From Bacteroidota bacterium (GTDB taxonomy: Bacteria; Bacteroidota; Bacteroidia; Bacteroidales; FEN-979): a stretch of 64,000 nt of DNA. The notes under the pieces were generated by a model. That model had not been told where the DNA came from. It saw nothing but the letters and a program-made list of their open reading frames with translations, and made no database searches. Shown one piece after another: positions 29,927-38,885 of the stretch (position 1 is the first letter of the stretch; each line of letters opens with the position of its first letter). The position numbers and the translations under genes were made by a program. The stretch is taken from assembly GCA_037137455.1 (NCBI GenBank), contig JBAXKG010000007.1, positions 12,036-76,035 on the forward strand, given 5' to 3'.

Positions 29927-31137
29927 GTCCGGTTATTTATATTTTGAACTTTTCCTTTTTGAACCGTATGTACTGTATGACCGAAACCACGTTTGGCTTT
30001 AAAAACCCGGAATAGGGAGCCCAGCATAAAAATGAACCCTTTCGGAAGAACCAGTAGCGCTTTAAATGTCTGCCAGTTGAAGTAAGGTAAAGGGACAGAG
30101 ATTAACAAAGTGATGTTGCAAAGAACCGTGAGCGCTATCCAGCAGATTGAAATAATTAATGGATTAAGGAAAAGCGAGACAATCGAAATGATGAAAAGAA
30201 ATCCCAACAGAAAAATTCTTGGAGGTAAAAACTGTTGAAATACCTTATCAAAATAATCAATATTCCCATTTACAAAAAGCTCTTTTAAACTTGAGCCGAA
30301 ATATTGCCTTGCATAGATAAATTGGTTGGCCAGCCATCTTGTTCGCTGCACCATAAATACATGTGATTTTTGGACTTTCTCATCGTAAACAAATGCCTCT
30401 TCACAATATTCTATGCATTGCCCATCCCGTAAAAGTTTCATTTCTAATTCTTTATCTTCACCAAACGAATCGATCGTTGCCATGTATTTTTTAAACATTG
30501 GATAATCGAATGCCATACCACTTCCTATCAGGGCAGAAGAAAGCCCAATAATGCGATGCCCTTTGCGGAAAATGTGGTTATTAATCTCTTCGCTTACTGA
30601 ATCTAAAACTGCGAAAGATGTATTGCGGTTTTTAGCTTTCCGGTGGCCTTGTATGGCGACGAATCCGCTGGAAAGCGCTATGTTCATTTTAGTAATGAAA
30701 TCTCTGGCCATGATATTGTCTGCATCCAGGATGATCACTGCATCATAAATATCAGGCAAAACACTCATTGTTTTATTTAATGCCCGTGATTTTGAACTTA
30801 TTTCAAATGATACTTCAACAACCTTAATGGGTAATTTGCGAAGTTCATCGAGGGTGGTTTGCTGAAAGGAATCTGCGATTATGATTACTTCATACCGGGA
30901 AGGCGGATAATCCTGATCCAGCGCTTGTTTTGCAACTTCAATAATAACGGCATCTTCCTTGTATCCAGGGATTAGCACCGCGAACTTTCGTAAACGGTCA
31001 TCTTTCCTTGAACGTGGGTGGTATCGAAAAAGTCCTGAAATTGAGAAAATTGAGAAATATAAAGCGGCAACAAAAAAATATAAAAATACTACCGCTTCCA
31101 GAACAAGGAAAAAAAGATACAGATAATACTTTGCCAT
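29923..31137 (-). CDS. membrane GT2 with processive-synthase-type Q-x-x-R-W motif (paralogue B)
   Basis: AVLIPGYKED..., LDADNIM, the motif MVQRTRWLANQ, and TM helices at both ends. The ATG at 31137 is preferred over the TTG at 31182. Confidence 0.8.
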   Translation of the reverse strand: MAKYYLYLFFLVLEAVVFLYFFVAALYFSIFSISGLFRYHPRSRKDDRLRKFAVLIPGYKEDAVIIEVAKQALDQDYPPSRYEVIIIADSFQQTTLDELRKLPIKVVEVSFEISSKSRALNKTMSVLPDIYDAVIILDADNIMARDFITKMNIALSSGFVAIQGHRKAKNRNTSFAVLDSVSEEINNHIFRKGHRIIGLSSALIGSGMAFDYPMFKKYMATIDSFGEDKELEMKLLRDGQCIEYCEEAFVYDEKVQKSHVFMVQRTRWLANQFIYARQYFGSSLKELFVNGNIDYFDKVFQQFLPPRIFLLGFLFIISIVSLFLNPLIISICWIALTVLCNITLLISVPLPYFNWQTFKALLVLPKGFIFMLGSLFRVFKAKRGFGHTVHTVQKGKVQNINNRT

Positions 31138-31219
31138 AAGATAATTTATTTTTAAAAAATCCGCAGAATGCCTCTGAAGCAAAGTTATATATAAATCAAA
31201 CCGAATACAAAATCAGTTT

Positions 31220-32143
31220 CTATAAAAAGGGATTATCATGTATTTCGGCGCTGATTGATCTTTTCAGATGCCAACCGATTGCCCTGACATATGCATAAAA
31301 TAATGACAATTTGCCTTTTGCAAGAAATTTAAGGGCATTTCGGGGAATTGCAATAAAAAGTTGGTAAAGCAAGCCAATGATGAAATCGGTACCAAATACA
31401 TTTCTGCGCATGAACACAATCCGGTTGCGGTTGAGATAGTATATTTTCATCGGGCTTAATTTTCCCACTGATATTGATTCTTTATGGTATACAAGTGAAT
31501 TGTGGACATAATATATTTTATACCCGGCATTTTTAATTCGGTAACTCCAATCGGCCTCTTCGTAGTAGAGAAAAAAAATGTATGACATCAAACCGATCTC
31601 TTTAATAACCCGCATAGGCACCATCATTGCAGCGCCGTGTGCATATGAAGTTTCATAATCACGGTCATACTGGCCTTTATCTTTCTCCTTATAGCCTATT
31701 GAAAAATTGCGCATTGTACGATGGTTAATAGGTGTATAGCCGGCGTACTGGATAATTTTGCGATCGTAATAAAAATGAAGTTTGGAGCTGACAGCGCCAA
31801 TGGTTTTATCAGATTCCAATTTGTCAACAAGTGGTTCAAGGAATCCTTTTTCAACAATCGTATCATTATTCAACAGCAGCACGTAATCACCTCGCGCCCG
31901 CATTATGCCCTGGTTATTGCCTCCGGCGAAACCATAATTGATGATACTCTCGTAGAGTATCACAGATGGAAAACGTTGCTTAATAATTTTCGGATTATCG
32001 GAAGGGGAGGCATTGTCGATGATGATAATTTCAATATTCGGATAAGAAATTTTAGTCAGAGATTCAATAAATTCACAAGTATCCTCTGATCCGTTGTAGT
32101 TGACCGAGACAATAGAAACGAGAGGATAGTGTTTTCGTGCCAT
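31220..32143 (-). CDS. soluble glycosyltransferase family 2 (tandem paralogue 1)
   Basis: VSIVSVNYNGSEDT...IIIDNASPSD...GFAGGNNQG...LLLNNDT...FLYYEEADW. Confidence 0.85.
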   Translation of the reverse strand: MARKHYPLVSIVSVNYNGSEDTCEFIESLTKISYPNIEIIIIDNASPSDNPKIIKQRFPSVILYESIINYGFAGGNNQGIMRARGDYVLLLNNDTIVEKGFLEPLVDKLESDKTIGAVSSKLHFYYDRKIIQYAGYTPINHRTMRNFSIGYKEKDKGQYDRDYETSYAHGAAMMVPMRVIKEIGLMSYIFFLYYEEADWSYRIKNAGYKIYYVHNSLVYHKESISVGKLSPMKIYYLNRNRIVFMRRNVFGTDFIIGLLYQLFIAIPRNALKFLAKGKLSLFYAYVRAIGWHLKRSISAEIHDNPFL

Positions 32144-32176
32144 ACAGACTGGTACTATTTGTTTCGGTAATCATTT

Positions 32177-33112
32177 TCAGTCAAGGCGAGGGCTTTTATG
32201 CAATTCCGGGTTAAATAAATTCTTTAAATGCCAGAACATGGCATTGGCATATGCAAAACAAAGTTTAAATTGTCCCTTCAAAAGAAAAACAGACAGGTTT
32301 TTGGGTATAGCAATTATTAATTGGTACAGCACAGATGCGAGGGCTTTCCAACCATGAACATTTCGACGCATGTAAAGCAATCTGTTACGATTCAGATAAA
32401 AAATTTTCAACTGGCTCATTGTTCCGGTAGTGATTGAATCTTTATGAAATACCAATGAGTTGTGAACGTAAAAGATCTTGTATTTTGCATCCTTGATACG
32501 TTGCATCCAATCCATCTCTTCATAGTATAGGAAAAAAATGTCGGCCATTAACCCTACCTCCTTCAACACCTTCATTGGGATGACCATAGCTGCCCCAAAC
32601 GCGTAATTTGTCTGAGAATCTGAATCATATTGCCCACTGTCAATTTCGTTAAACCCAATCCCACTATTACGTATCGTTATAGGGTTGATAGGTGTAAACC
32701 CGGCATACTGGATAGTATCACGATGGAAAAAATATCTGATTTTCGGGCTTACAACACCAATATCAGGGTTGTTCTCCAACTTGCTGATGAGTGGTTCCAG
32801 GAATCCGGGATCAACTTCTGTATCGTTATTTATCAGTAAAAGGTATTTCCCTTTGGCTACTCTGATGCCAATGTTGTTACCTCCTGCAAATCCAAGGTTT
32901 TGATCACTTTTAATTAAAGTGATATAGGGGTATGTTTCAATAATTATATCAGGATTTTTCGAAGGCGATGCGTTATCAACTACAATAATTTCAATGGAAG
33001 GATAGGTAATAAAGGATAGAGATTTAATCAGATCACAGGTAATTTCAGGCTGATCCCAATTTACCGTAATGATGGAGACCAATGGAAAAGTGGAAAGTGA
33101 TTTCCCGGTCAT
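32177..33112 (-). CDS. soluble glycosyltransferase family 2 (tandem paralogue 2)
   Basis: VSIITVNWDQPEIT...IVVDNASPSK...GFAGGNNIG...LLINNDT...FLYYEEMDW. It is collinear with the neighbouring 307-aa gene. Confidence 0.85.
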   Translation of the reverse strand: MTGKSLSTFPLVSIITVNWDQPEITCDLIKSLSFITYPSIEIIVVDNASPSKNPDIIIETYPYITLIKSDQNLGFAGGNNIGIRVAKGKYLLLINNDTEVDPGFLEPLISKLENNPDIGVVSPKIRYFFHRDTIQYAGFTPINPITIRNSGIGFNEIDSGQYDSDSQTNYAFGAAMVIPMKVLKEVGLMADIFFLYYEEMDWMQRIKDAKYKIFYVHNSLVFHKDSITTGTMSQLKIFYLNRNRLLYMRRNVHGWKALASVLYQLIIAIPKNLSVFLLKGQFKLCFAYANAMFWHLKNLFNPELHKSPRLD

Positions 33113-33156
33113 AATGTCTGATATTTAATCATGTAATTTATATGACAACCTTTTAT

Positions 33157-33303
33157 TTATGAAAATCCTTGTTCATTTAAACGTTTTTGTTCCTCTTCTT
33201 TTGCTTTGGATTCAGCTTTTCTATGTTGATATAATGCCGTAATGAATCCAATGGGAGTGAAAAGGATTAGACCAATGACCATATGAACAACAACGCCTTC
33301 CAT
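33157..33303 (-). CDS. unannotated 48-aa single-pass membrane protein
   Basis: Translated manually: MEGVVVHMVIGLILFTPIGFITALYQHRKAESKAKEEEQKRLNEQGFS. It has one hydrophobic helix and a charged tail. The ATG overlaps the Wzy-like stop (TAATG). It is below the 60-aa track cutoff. Confidence 0.45.
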   Translation of the reverse strand: MEGVVVHMVIGLILFTPIGFITALYQHRKAESKAKEEEQKRLNEQGFS

Positions 33304-34796
33304 TATATTTTTTTATCTGATAATTCAGGTTGCATTCCACTTGACTTTTCGGCTAATTGTTTCTCCAATTCCGGAGCAATGAACACATAGGCCATACTTG
33401 CATATATCAAAACACCGGTTGGGAACTGCCCAAGGACTGAATTTCCGTAACTAGCCACTATTATACCGAAAATCCCGGATAAGAGCGCTCCAATTTTAAC
33501 GAATATTTCAGGATTTTTTAATTCATACATACAAATAAAAGATCCCTTTCCAATGATAAATCCAAGAACAAACAGGTGCAAGTACAATCCGACAATACCG
33601 TTTTCAGCCCAAATCATAACAAACCAGCTATCCGTGGCTGTATTTGCAAGGAAGGTATCGGGTGTATATTGTAATGCCCTGTTTCCGGCATGGCCAATAC
33701 CTCCTCCGAAAGGTCTGGTTTTCAAATATTCCTCAATCAGCTTTTGATTGGCAATACGGACCAGGTACGAGGCATCTTCTTCAGGTCTGAATGCCGTTCG
33801 CATACGATAAATCTGATAATTGGTATTGCCAATATATGTATACCGGAAGAATGAATAAAAAATCAGCAATACTATGCCCCCAATAAAAATTACCTTTATA
33901 TTCTTACGTAATATCATGTAAAGAAATAGTCCTCCCAAAGGAACAAAAATAGCGCCCCGGGTACCGGAGCTTGACATTCCATAAAAACCGGCAATCATAA
34001 CAACTATCCAGAAAATACGTTTCTTGATATTTTTTTCATTCATCATCAGGATAGAGGCAATTAATCCAATTTGTCCCTGGGCTGCTCCAAACTGTCCGGC
34101 ATCAGTATAAAACGAAAAAGCCCGAAGGTTACCAAGGAGAACATGGGTAACGGCTCCACCCTCATCAAGCCATCTTTGTTCCCATTGATCGGGCCCGATA
34201 TTTATTTGCATCCATGCTTTAATTGAGGCAAGAATAGAGAATATACCCCAAATCATCAGAAATTTATCGAGATGGCGTGGTGTACTGTACAGCATAAAAA
34301 CCAAGGGTATAGTCAGGATCATATAAAATCCTATTCCGCGAAATGCAGAGAACCAAGCGGCTTTACTAATGGCTTCAGGATTAAAAAATTCCAGACATAT
34401 ATATGCAAACCAAATAGCCGATAATAAGATCAGGTCTAATTTTAAGGATTTGAGAGGAAATTTTTTATCAAAATAATGGAAGAACACAGCTATGTAAATC
34501 ACGATTAGAGTGATGTCCATTACATATCCCAGCCTAATAGGCAAATACCGGGTCAACCCCATCAGGATGAAGTTGATAATAAATGCAAAGGTGAGTCCGA
34601 TTTCAGGTTTTATTATCAACCGGTTAAGGGCATAAACCATAAATGGTAAAACCATCAATGCAGAAGCCACGGTTAACCCGCCTTTTGCAATAACATACCC
34701 GATTCCAACAGCCATTACTAGCATGGATCCGATCAAGAATGGATCTTTAAGGCGTTCGGCGCCTGTTTTGGAGAGAAATGGGTTAGCCTGATTCAC
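33303..34796 (-). CDS. wzy: O-antigen ligase/Wzy-family polysaccharide polymerase
   Basis: At least 10 predicted TM helices with a large loop (NLRAFSFYTDAGQFGAAQG) typical of Wzy_C proteins. The track ORF (to 35021) overlaps wzx by 217 nt. The GTG at 34796 lies 8 nt after the wzx stop. Confidence 0.7.
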   Translation of the reverse strand: MNQANPFLSKTGAERLKDPFLIGSMLVMAVGIGYVIAKGGLTVASALMVLPFMVYALNRLIIKPEIGLTFAFIINFILMGLTRYLPIRLGYVMDITLIVIYIAVFFHYFDKKFPLKSLKLDLILLSAIWFAYICLEFFNPEAISKAAWFSAFRGIGFYMILTIPLVFMLYSTPRHLDKFLMIWGIFSILASIKAWMQINIGPDQWEQRWLDEGGAVTHVLLGNLRAFSFYTDAGQFGAAQGQIGLIASILMMNEKNIKKRIFWIVVMIAGFYGMSSSGTRGAIFVPLGGLFLYMILRKNIKVIFIGGIVLLIFYSFFRYTYIGNTNYQIYRMRTAFRPEEDASYLVRIANQKLIEEYLKTRPFGGGIGHAGNRALQYTPDTFLANTATDSWFVMIWAENGIVGLYLHLFVLGFIIGKGSFICMYELKNPEIFVKIGALLSGIFGIIVASYGNSVLGQFPTGVLIYASMAYVFIAPELEKQLAEKSSGMQPELSDKKI

Positions 34797-34804
34797 ACTT
34801 AAAA

Positions 34805-36223
34805 TTATGAAAAATATTTGAATTTCGATTTTTTCACTAAAAGTCGAATTGCATTTTCTTTGTAAAAAATATATCCTTTCCTGAATATTTCCCAAAAGGA
34901 GATTTCGATTTCCTGTCGCAAGAACCTGTAACCAACAAAAATACCGATTAGGGAAAATACGATGGATGCCAGGGCAACAAATAACAGCAAGGTGGTTACG
35001 GGCAGTTCGGGAAACAGCCAATGCATTCCGAATACAGCAAATATATCGCCAAGGATATTGGCGGTAGTCATATACAAGACTTTCTGAAAGTTTCGCTGTG
35101 GTTTATTTAAACTGTCCAGGGCGACTCCGGTAAAACGGTCAAGTGGCAATAAAGTACAATATATGATAAACACTACCATGACGTATGAAAGTGCGGTTAG
35201 CGATTCGATATATTTACTGCCTCCGATAATCAGAATAAAATATTTATTCAGGAAAAGACTAATTATGGCTATACCAATAAACAGGAAAACGACTATTCCC
35301 GTATAGGAATAAAAAATATCACGGAAACGATTCTGGTCATTATCAAGGCTAGCTTTTGACAATTTGGGAAAAGCGGTAGTCGCAAAGCTTATAAGAGGAA
35401 TTTCGATGAGTTCGACATATTTTAAAGGTATTGCGTATAATGCAACACCAATCGGACCGCAAAACGCGCTAAAAGAGATAATAAAGCTGTCAGCTCCTTT
35501 CAGAAGGCTGCTGCCGACTTTGGTGCCCATTGAAAACTGGCCATATCTCAGTACCTCTTTCATTTTTGCAAATGATATATATTTGATAAATTCAATTCCG
35601 GTCCATTTTTTTACAAGGCAGAATGCTGAGGTTGCAAAATTTGTAAGTAAGTAAATAATTACGACCACAGTAATATCAATTTTAAAAAGGAAGTATGAGA
35701 TGAAAATAATTATCAGAAAAGAGCAGAGGTTAAAAAAACGGATCCAGAAAATTTTCTTAAAATTCAGTTCAGCCTGAAAGATTGTCCAAGAGTAATTCCA
35801 CGGCAGGTTAATCAATGCCAATACCGGATACCAATAACAAAAAACATCATAACCGCTGTTATTCAGGGCTTCGGGGATAATGAATGTTAAACTCCACAGG
35901 ATAACTGTAAGCGGGATCAGAATCAAGAGTCCGATAGCCCAGCTGGAACCGAGGTAGTACTTTCTGTCGGACACGGTAGGAGATGATAAAAATCTCACCA
36001 GGGCCTCTTTACTTAGTCCAAAACGCATCATATCAATTAGCGAGGCAGGAGCGGTAAACAAAACCCATTTACCGAAATCCGGAATTGATAGCATACGCAT
36101 CAGGATCATAAATGACAAAAGACCCATAATGGCTGTAGAGAAATTAGCCGCTAAGGATAGAAAGTTCAGATCATTGACTAATTTTGAAAGAGTCTTTTTC
36201 AATCTAGGGAGTATTCTTTTCAT
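34805..36223 (-). CDS. wzx: polysaccharide/oligosaccharide flippase (Wzx, MOP superfamily)
   Basis: 472 aa, about 12-14 TM helices, and a flippase-like N-terminus (LSLAANFSTAIMGLLSFMILMRML). It sits next to the polymerase gene. Confidence 0.8.
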   Translation of the reverse strand: MKRILPRLKKTLSKLVNDLNFLSLAANFSTAIMGLLSFMILMRMLSIPDFGKWVLFTAPASLIDMMRFGLSKEALVRFLSSPTVSDRKYYLGSSWAIGLLILIPLTVILWSLTFIIPEALNNSGYDVFCYWYPVLALINLPWNYSWTIFQAELNFKKIFWIRFFNLCSFLIIIFISYFLFKIDITVVVIIYLLTNFATSAFCLVKKWTGIEFIKYISFAKMKEVLRYGQFSMGTKVGSSLLKGADSFIISFSAFCGPIGVALYAIPLKYVELIEIPLISFATTAFPKLSKASLDNDQNRFRDIFYSYTGIVVFLFIGIAIISLFLNKYFILIIGGSKYIESLTALSYVMVVFIIYCTLLPLDRFTGVALDSLNKPQRNFQKVLYMTTANILGDIFAVFGMHWLFPELPVTTLLLFVALASIVFSLIGIFVGYRFLRQEIEISFWEIFRKGYIFYKENAIRLLVKKSKFKYFS

Positions 36224-38885
36224 GAAACTGGAAAGTCAAAATCTGTTTCATTGTTCTTCTGAATTTCGATCTATGGCGGGGAAGTTCTCCAAATATGGCA
36301 TCCAGGTATAGCAATTCAACCCCGTTAAGAACGATTTGAGTAGCATGCTTGAATAGTGGAATAAAAGCATTCAAGGCTGAATTATCAGCATCGGTCCATG
36401 AACGGTTAGCCCTGGTTATGAGCAGGGAAAGATCAAATTGCCGGATGAATTCCAGTGGGTATGGATTATTAATCAATGAAGGGATTTCGACAAAAATGTA
36501 GTCAAAGCTTTCCAAATCAATATGTTCATACCCAACCATTAATGATAACAGGTCTTTTGTTTCAAAGAAATTCTCTTTTATCGAGTACTGAATTTCATCA
36601 TCGGTAGGGGGTATCAGTTCTCCTCCCGTCATGTAGAAGGGGTTTCCTTCAATTTCTTTGATATAGTTCAAAAACAGTACGTTTTCACCAAATGATTTAA
36701 GTTTCCGGCTAAGTTCTCTTCCTATACTTGTCTTTCCTTCTGCATCACGTGTGCTGAAGAGCAGGATCATCACTGGTTTTATATGTTGGTCCACATTTGC
36801 CCTGACTAAGGTCAGTTTAACGTTTTGGGCCAGAATTTCAACAAGCCTTGGAATAATGAAGCCAATATCAACAGCATATATTTGCTTAATTATCTGTGGA
36901 TAGACGCCAGCGACTTTAAGTTTGATAAATCGTTCGGCCCTTTCCGGTGTTTTAATGGTTGTGTCGAAGAACTCCATTGCAAGCAGAATGGCTACAACCA
37001 GCACAAAGCCGACAATTGCAGCAAGGAGTACAAGCATAAGCGCTCTTGAACGAATAGGGTTCAACGGGTAGTATGGCGCATCAACAACCTTTATATTGGT
37101 TCTTAATTCATCATCCTGTTGACGGAGTTTAGCGAGGTTTAAATCGTGCAGGAGTTGTAAAAACTCACTTTCATTAACGCCGATCAGCCGTTCCATCCTT
37201 TTCAATTCAGCGCCAAGAGGGGCGAAAACTTCGTAAACATGTTGAAAATATTTTTTCCGCTCGGCCAGAACCCTGAATGCTGCTTTACTCTCTTCGTAAG
37301 CAATGACATTTTTAAGCCAGGCATCCAACAACTCTTTTGTAGGCAGGCCTTCCACGCTGTTTGTCACCACGTAAAGACGGTCGATATTGTCTTTTATAGC
37401 TTGTTTTATATTCTCAACCCTCGATTTAAGACTGGCAAGTTGCAGTATTGTTGCAGAATCGTTTCCAAGATCGATCTCTATATTTGCAATTTGCATTGTT
37501 GTTTCAGACAATTCGTTACGTAAACGAAGTATAGCGCTGGTATTTAGCGAAAGTTTGGCATGTGTTTCCAGTTTTTTTTCAATGATTTTTATCGCGGCAT
37601 CAGACGAGGCAAATGCAATCTGTTTGTTTTGAAGTGAAACATCAAGTTCTTCCTTGGTTATTGCGATAATTTTTGTTTGTTCGTAGTAGTTGATAATATT
37701 ATTTCGTTCATTAAAGTCCAGCAATTCAGTCTCGGCTTTTTTCAACCTGCGTGCAGCATTTTCCAATTGACGTTTAAAATACTGGATAACGGCATCTGTT
37801 TGATTTTGCTTCAGGAGTTTATAATTAACTATAAAAATCCGCGTCAAAAAAATGAGGGTCTGCTGACATATACCCGGGTCGGGGTTTGTGTATGTAAGCT
37901 TTACAAGGTCACTGCTCTGGATCCGGAATATACCAACTGTTGAAAGGGCTTTAATACTGTAAAACCTGTCGTCCTGGGAACTCCACAATTTATATATAAA
38001 GTTGTAATCGTTTTGGTGTCCGTAGGCAAGCAGCAGCTTAACGATTCTGTCAAAAGCAGAGGAAGAGGTACTCTGGGTTCCCCGTGTCAAGGAGATCAGA
38101 GTATCGCTGCTGGTAAAAGCATCTGTTATACGTGAAATTGAGTCTCCAACGAGAGATTGGGAGGCAGGGGAGGGTTCCGGATCAAAGGTTTGCTCAGGTG
38201 TGGGCGAGGCTTCCGGTAAATCTTCTCTGTTATTGACTATTAATTTTTGTCCGACCGAAATGTCATTTCCTCTTAAATTATTATAAGACATTAATTCGTC
38301 AACACGTAACCCATTTGTTTTGGCAATAGAGTACATTGTTTCACCACTCCTGACAACATGAAATTTTTTCGTTCTGTTTAACCGGGAATGGGATTCAGAA
38401 TATTCTGCTATCTCATCCTGTAAATCGTTTTTGTAGAGTGATGTATCAAGGCTGGAAGATTGTTTTGTGGGAGGGCGGTAATATCGTTTATCGCTTCGTT
38501 TTGCTTTTTTTACGATATCAATTATATCGGATGGAACTTTTGCAAGCAGCTCATCATAATTTTCTTTGGAAATATATCGTGGATCGTAATGATCCAGTAG
38601 AAGATGTTGTGCAAGCAAACTAACAGAAACTTCTTCAAGGGTTTGCCTTGATTTGATAAGGTTGATCAGATTGTCGAACAAAGCGGCGGTTACCATATAA
38701 TCGACATTGGCTTGCTGTTGCACAGAATAGCCAGATGTAACGCCGGTATATATTGTGGTTTCAGAACTGTATGACCATTGACTTTTCCTTGTAAGAATGA
38801 ATACAACAGTAGCAATAATCAAAGGGACCAGAATCAATAATATAATGTGTCGCTGAAGTAATTTTATGAAATAAATAACTTTCAT
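36204..38885 (-). CDS. polysaccharide co-polymerase (Wzz/GumC-type) with a LysM domain in the periplasmic loop and a degenerate BY-kinase-like C-terminal domain
   Basis: TM1 is at residues 12-32 and TM2 at ALMLVLLAAIVGFVLVVAILLAM, with a long coiled-coil periplasmic region between them. LysM reads HVVRSGETMYSIAKTNGLRVDELMSYNNLRGNDISVGQKLIV. The C-terminal FSTRDAEGKTS is Walker-A-like, and there is no terminal Tyr cluster. Confidence 0.8.
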   Translation of the reverse strand: MKVIYFIKLLQRHIILLILVPLIIATVVFILTRKSQWSYSSETTIYTGVTSGYSVQQQANVDYMVTAALFDNLINLIKSRQTLEEVSVSLLAQHLLLDHYDPRYISKENYDELLAKVPSDIIDIVKKAKRSDKRYYRPPTKQSSSLDTSLYKNDLQDEIAEYSESHSRLNRTKKFHVVRSGETMYSIAKTNGLRVDELMSYNNLRGNDISVGQKLIVNNREDLPEASPTPEQTFDPEPSPASQSLVGDSISRITDAFTSSDTLISLTRGTQSTSSSAFDRIVKLLLAYGHQNDYNFIYKLWSSQDDRFYSIKALSTVGIFRIQSSDLVKLTYTNPDPGICQQTLIFLTRIFIVNYKLLKQNQTDAVIQYFKRQLENAARRLKKAETELLDFNERNNIINYYEQTKIIAITKEELDVSLQNKQIAFASSDAAIKIIEKKLETHAKLSLNTSAILRLRNELSETTMQIANIEIDLGNDSATILQLASLKSRVENIKQAIKDNIDRLYVVTNSVEGLPTKELLDAWLKNVIAYEESKAAFRVLAERKKYFQHVYEVFAPLGAELKRMERLIGVNESEFLQLLHDLNLAKLRQQDDELRTNIKVVDAPYYPLNPIRSRALMLVLLAAIVGFVLVVAILLAMEFFDTTIKTPERAERFIKLKVAGVYPQIIKQIYAVDIGFIIPRLVEILAQNVKLTLVRANVDQHIKPVMILLFSTRDAEGKTSIGRELSRKLKSFGENVLFLNYIKEIEGNPFYMTGGELIPPTDDEIQYSIKENFFETKDLLSLMVGYEHIDLESFDYIFVEIPSLINNPYPLEFIRQFDLSLLITRANRSWTDADNSALNAFIPLFKHATQIVLNGVELLYLDAIFGELPRHRSKFRRTMKQILTFQFHEKNTP

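Noticed and set aside
34797-35021. 5' extensions of track ORFs that overlap upstream genes. These are Wzy-like 33303-35021, the GT1::acetyltransferase up to 27667, FKBP from 11992, ndk up to 11129, and the membrane protein up to 48941.
   Set aside because: The extensions overlap well-supported neighbouring genes or a predicted -7 box, and they translate to non-membrane or non-domain junk. Internal ATG, GTG or TTG starts just after the neighbour's stop give sensible N-termini.
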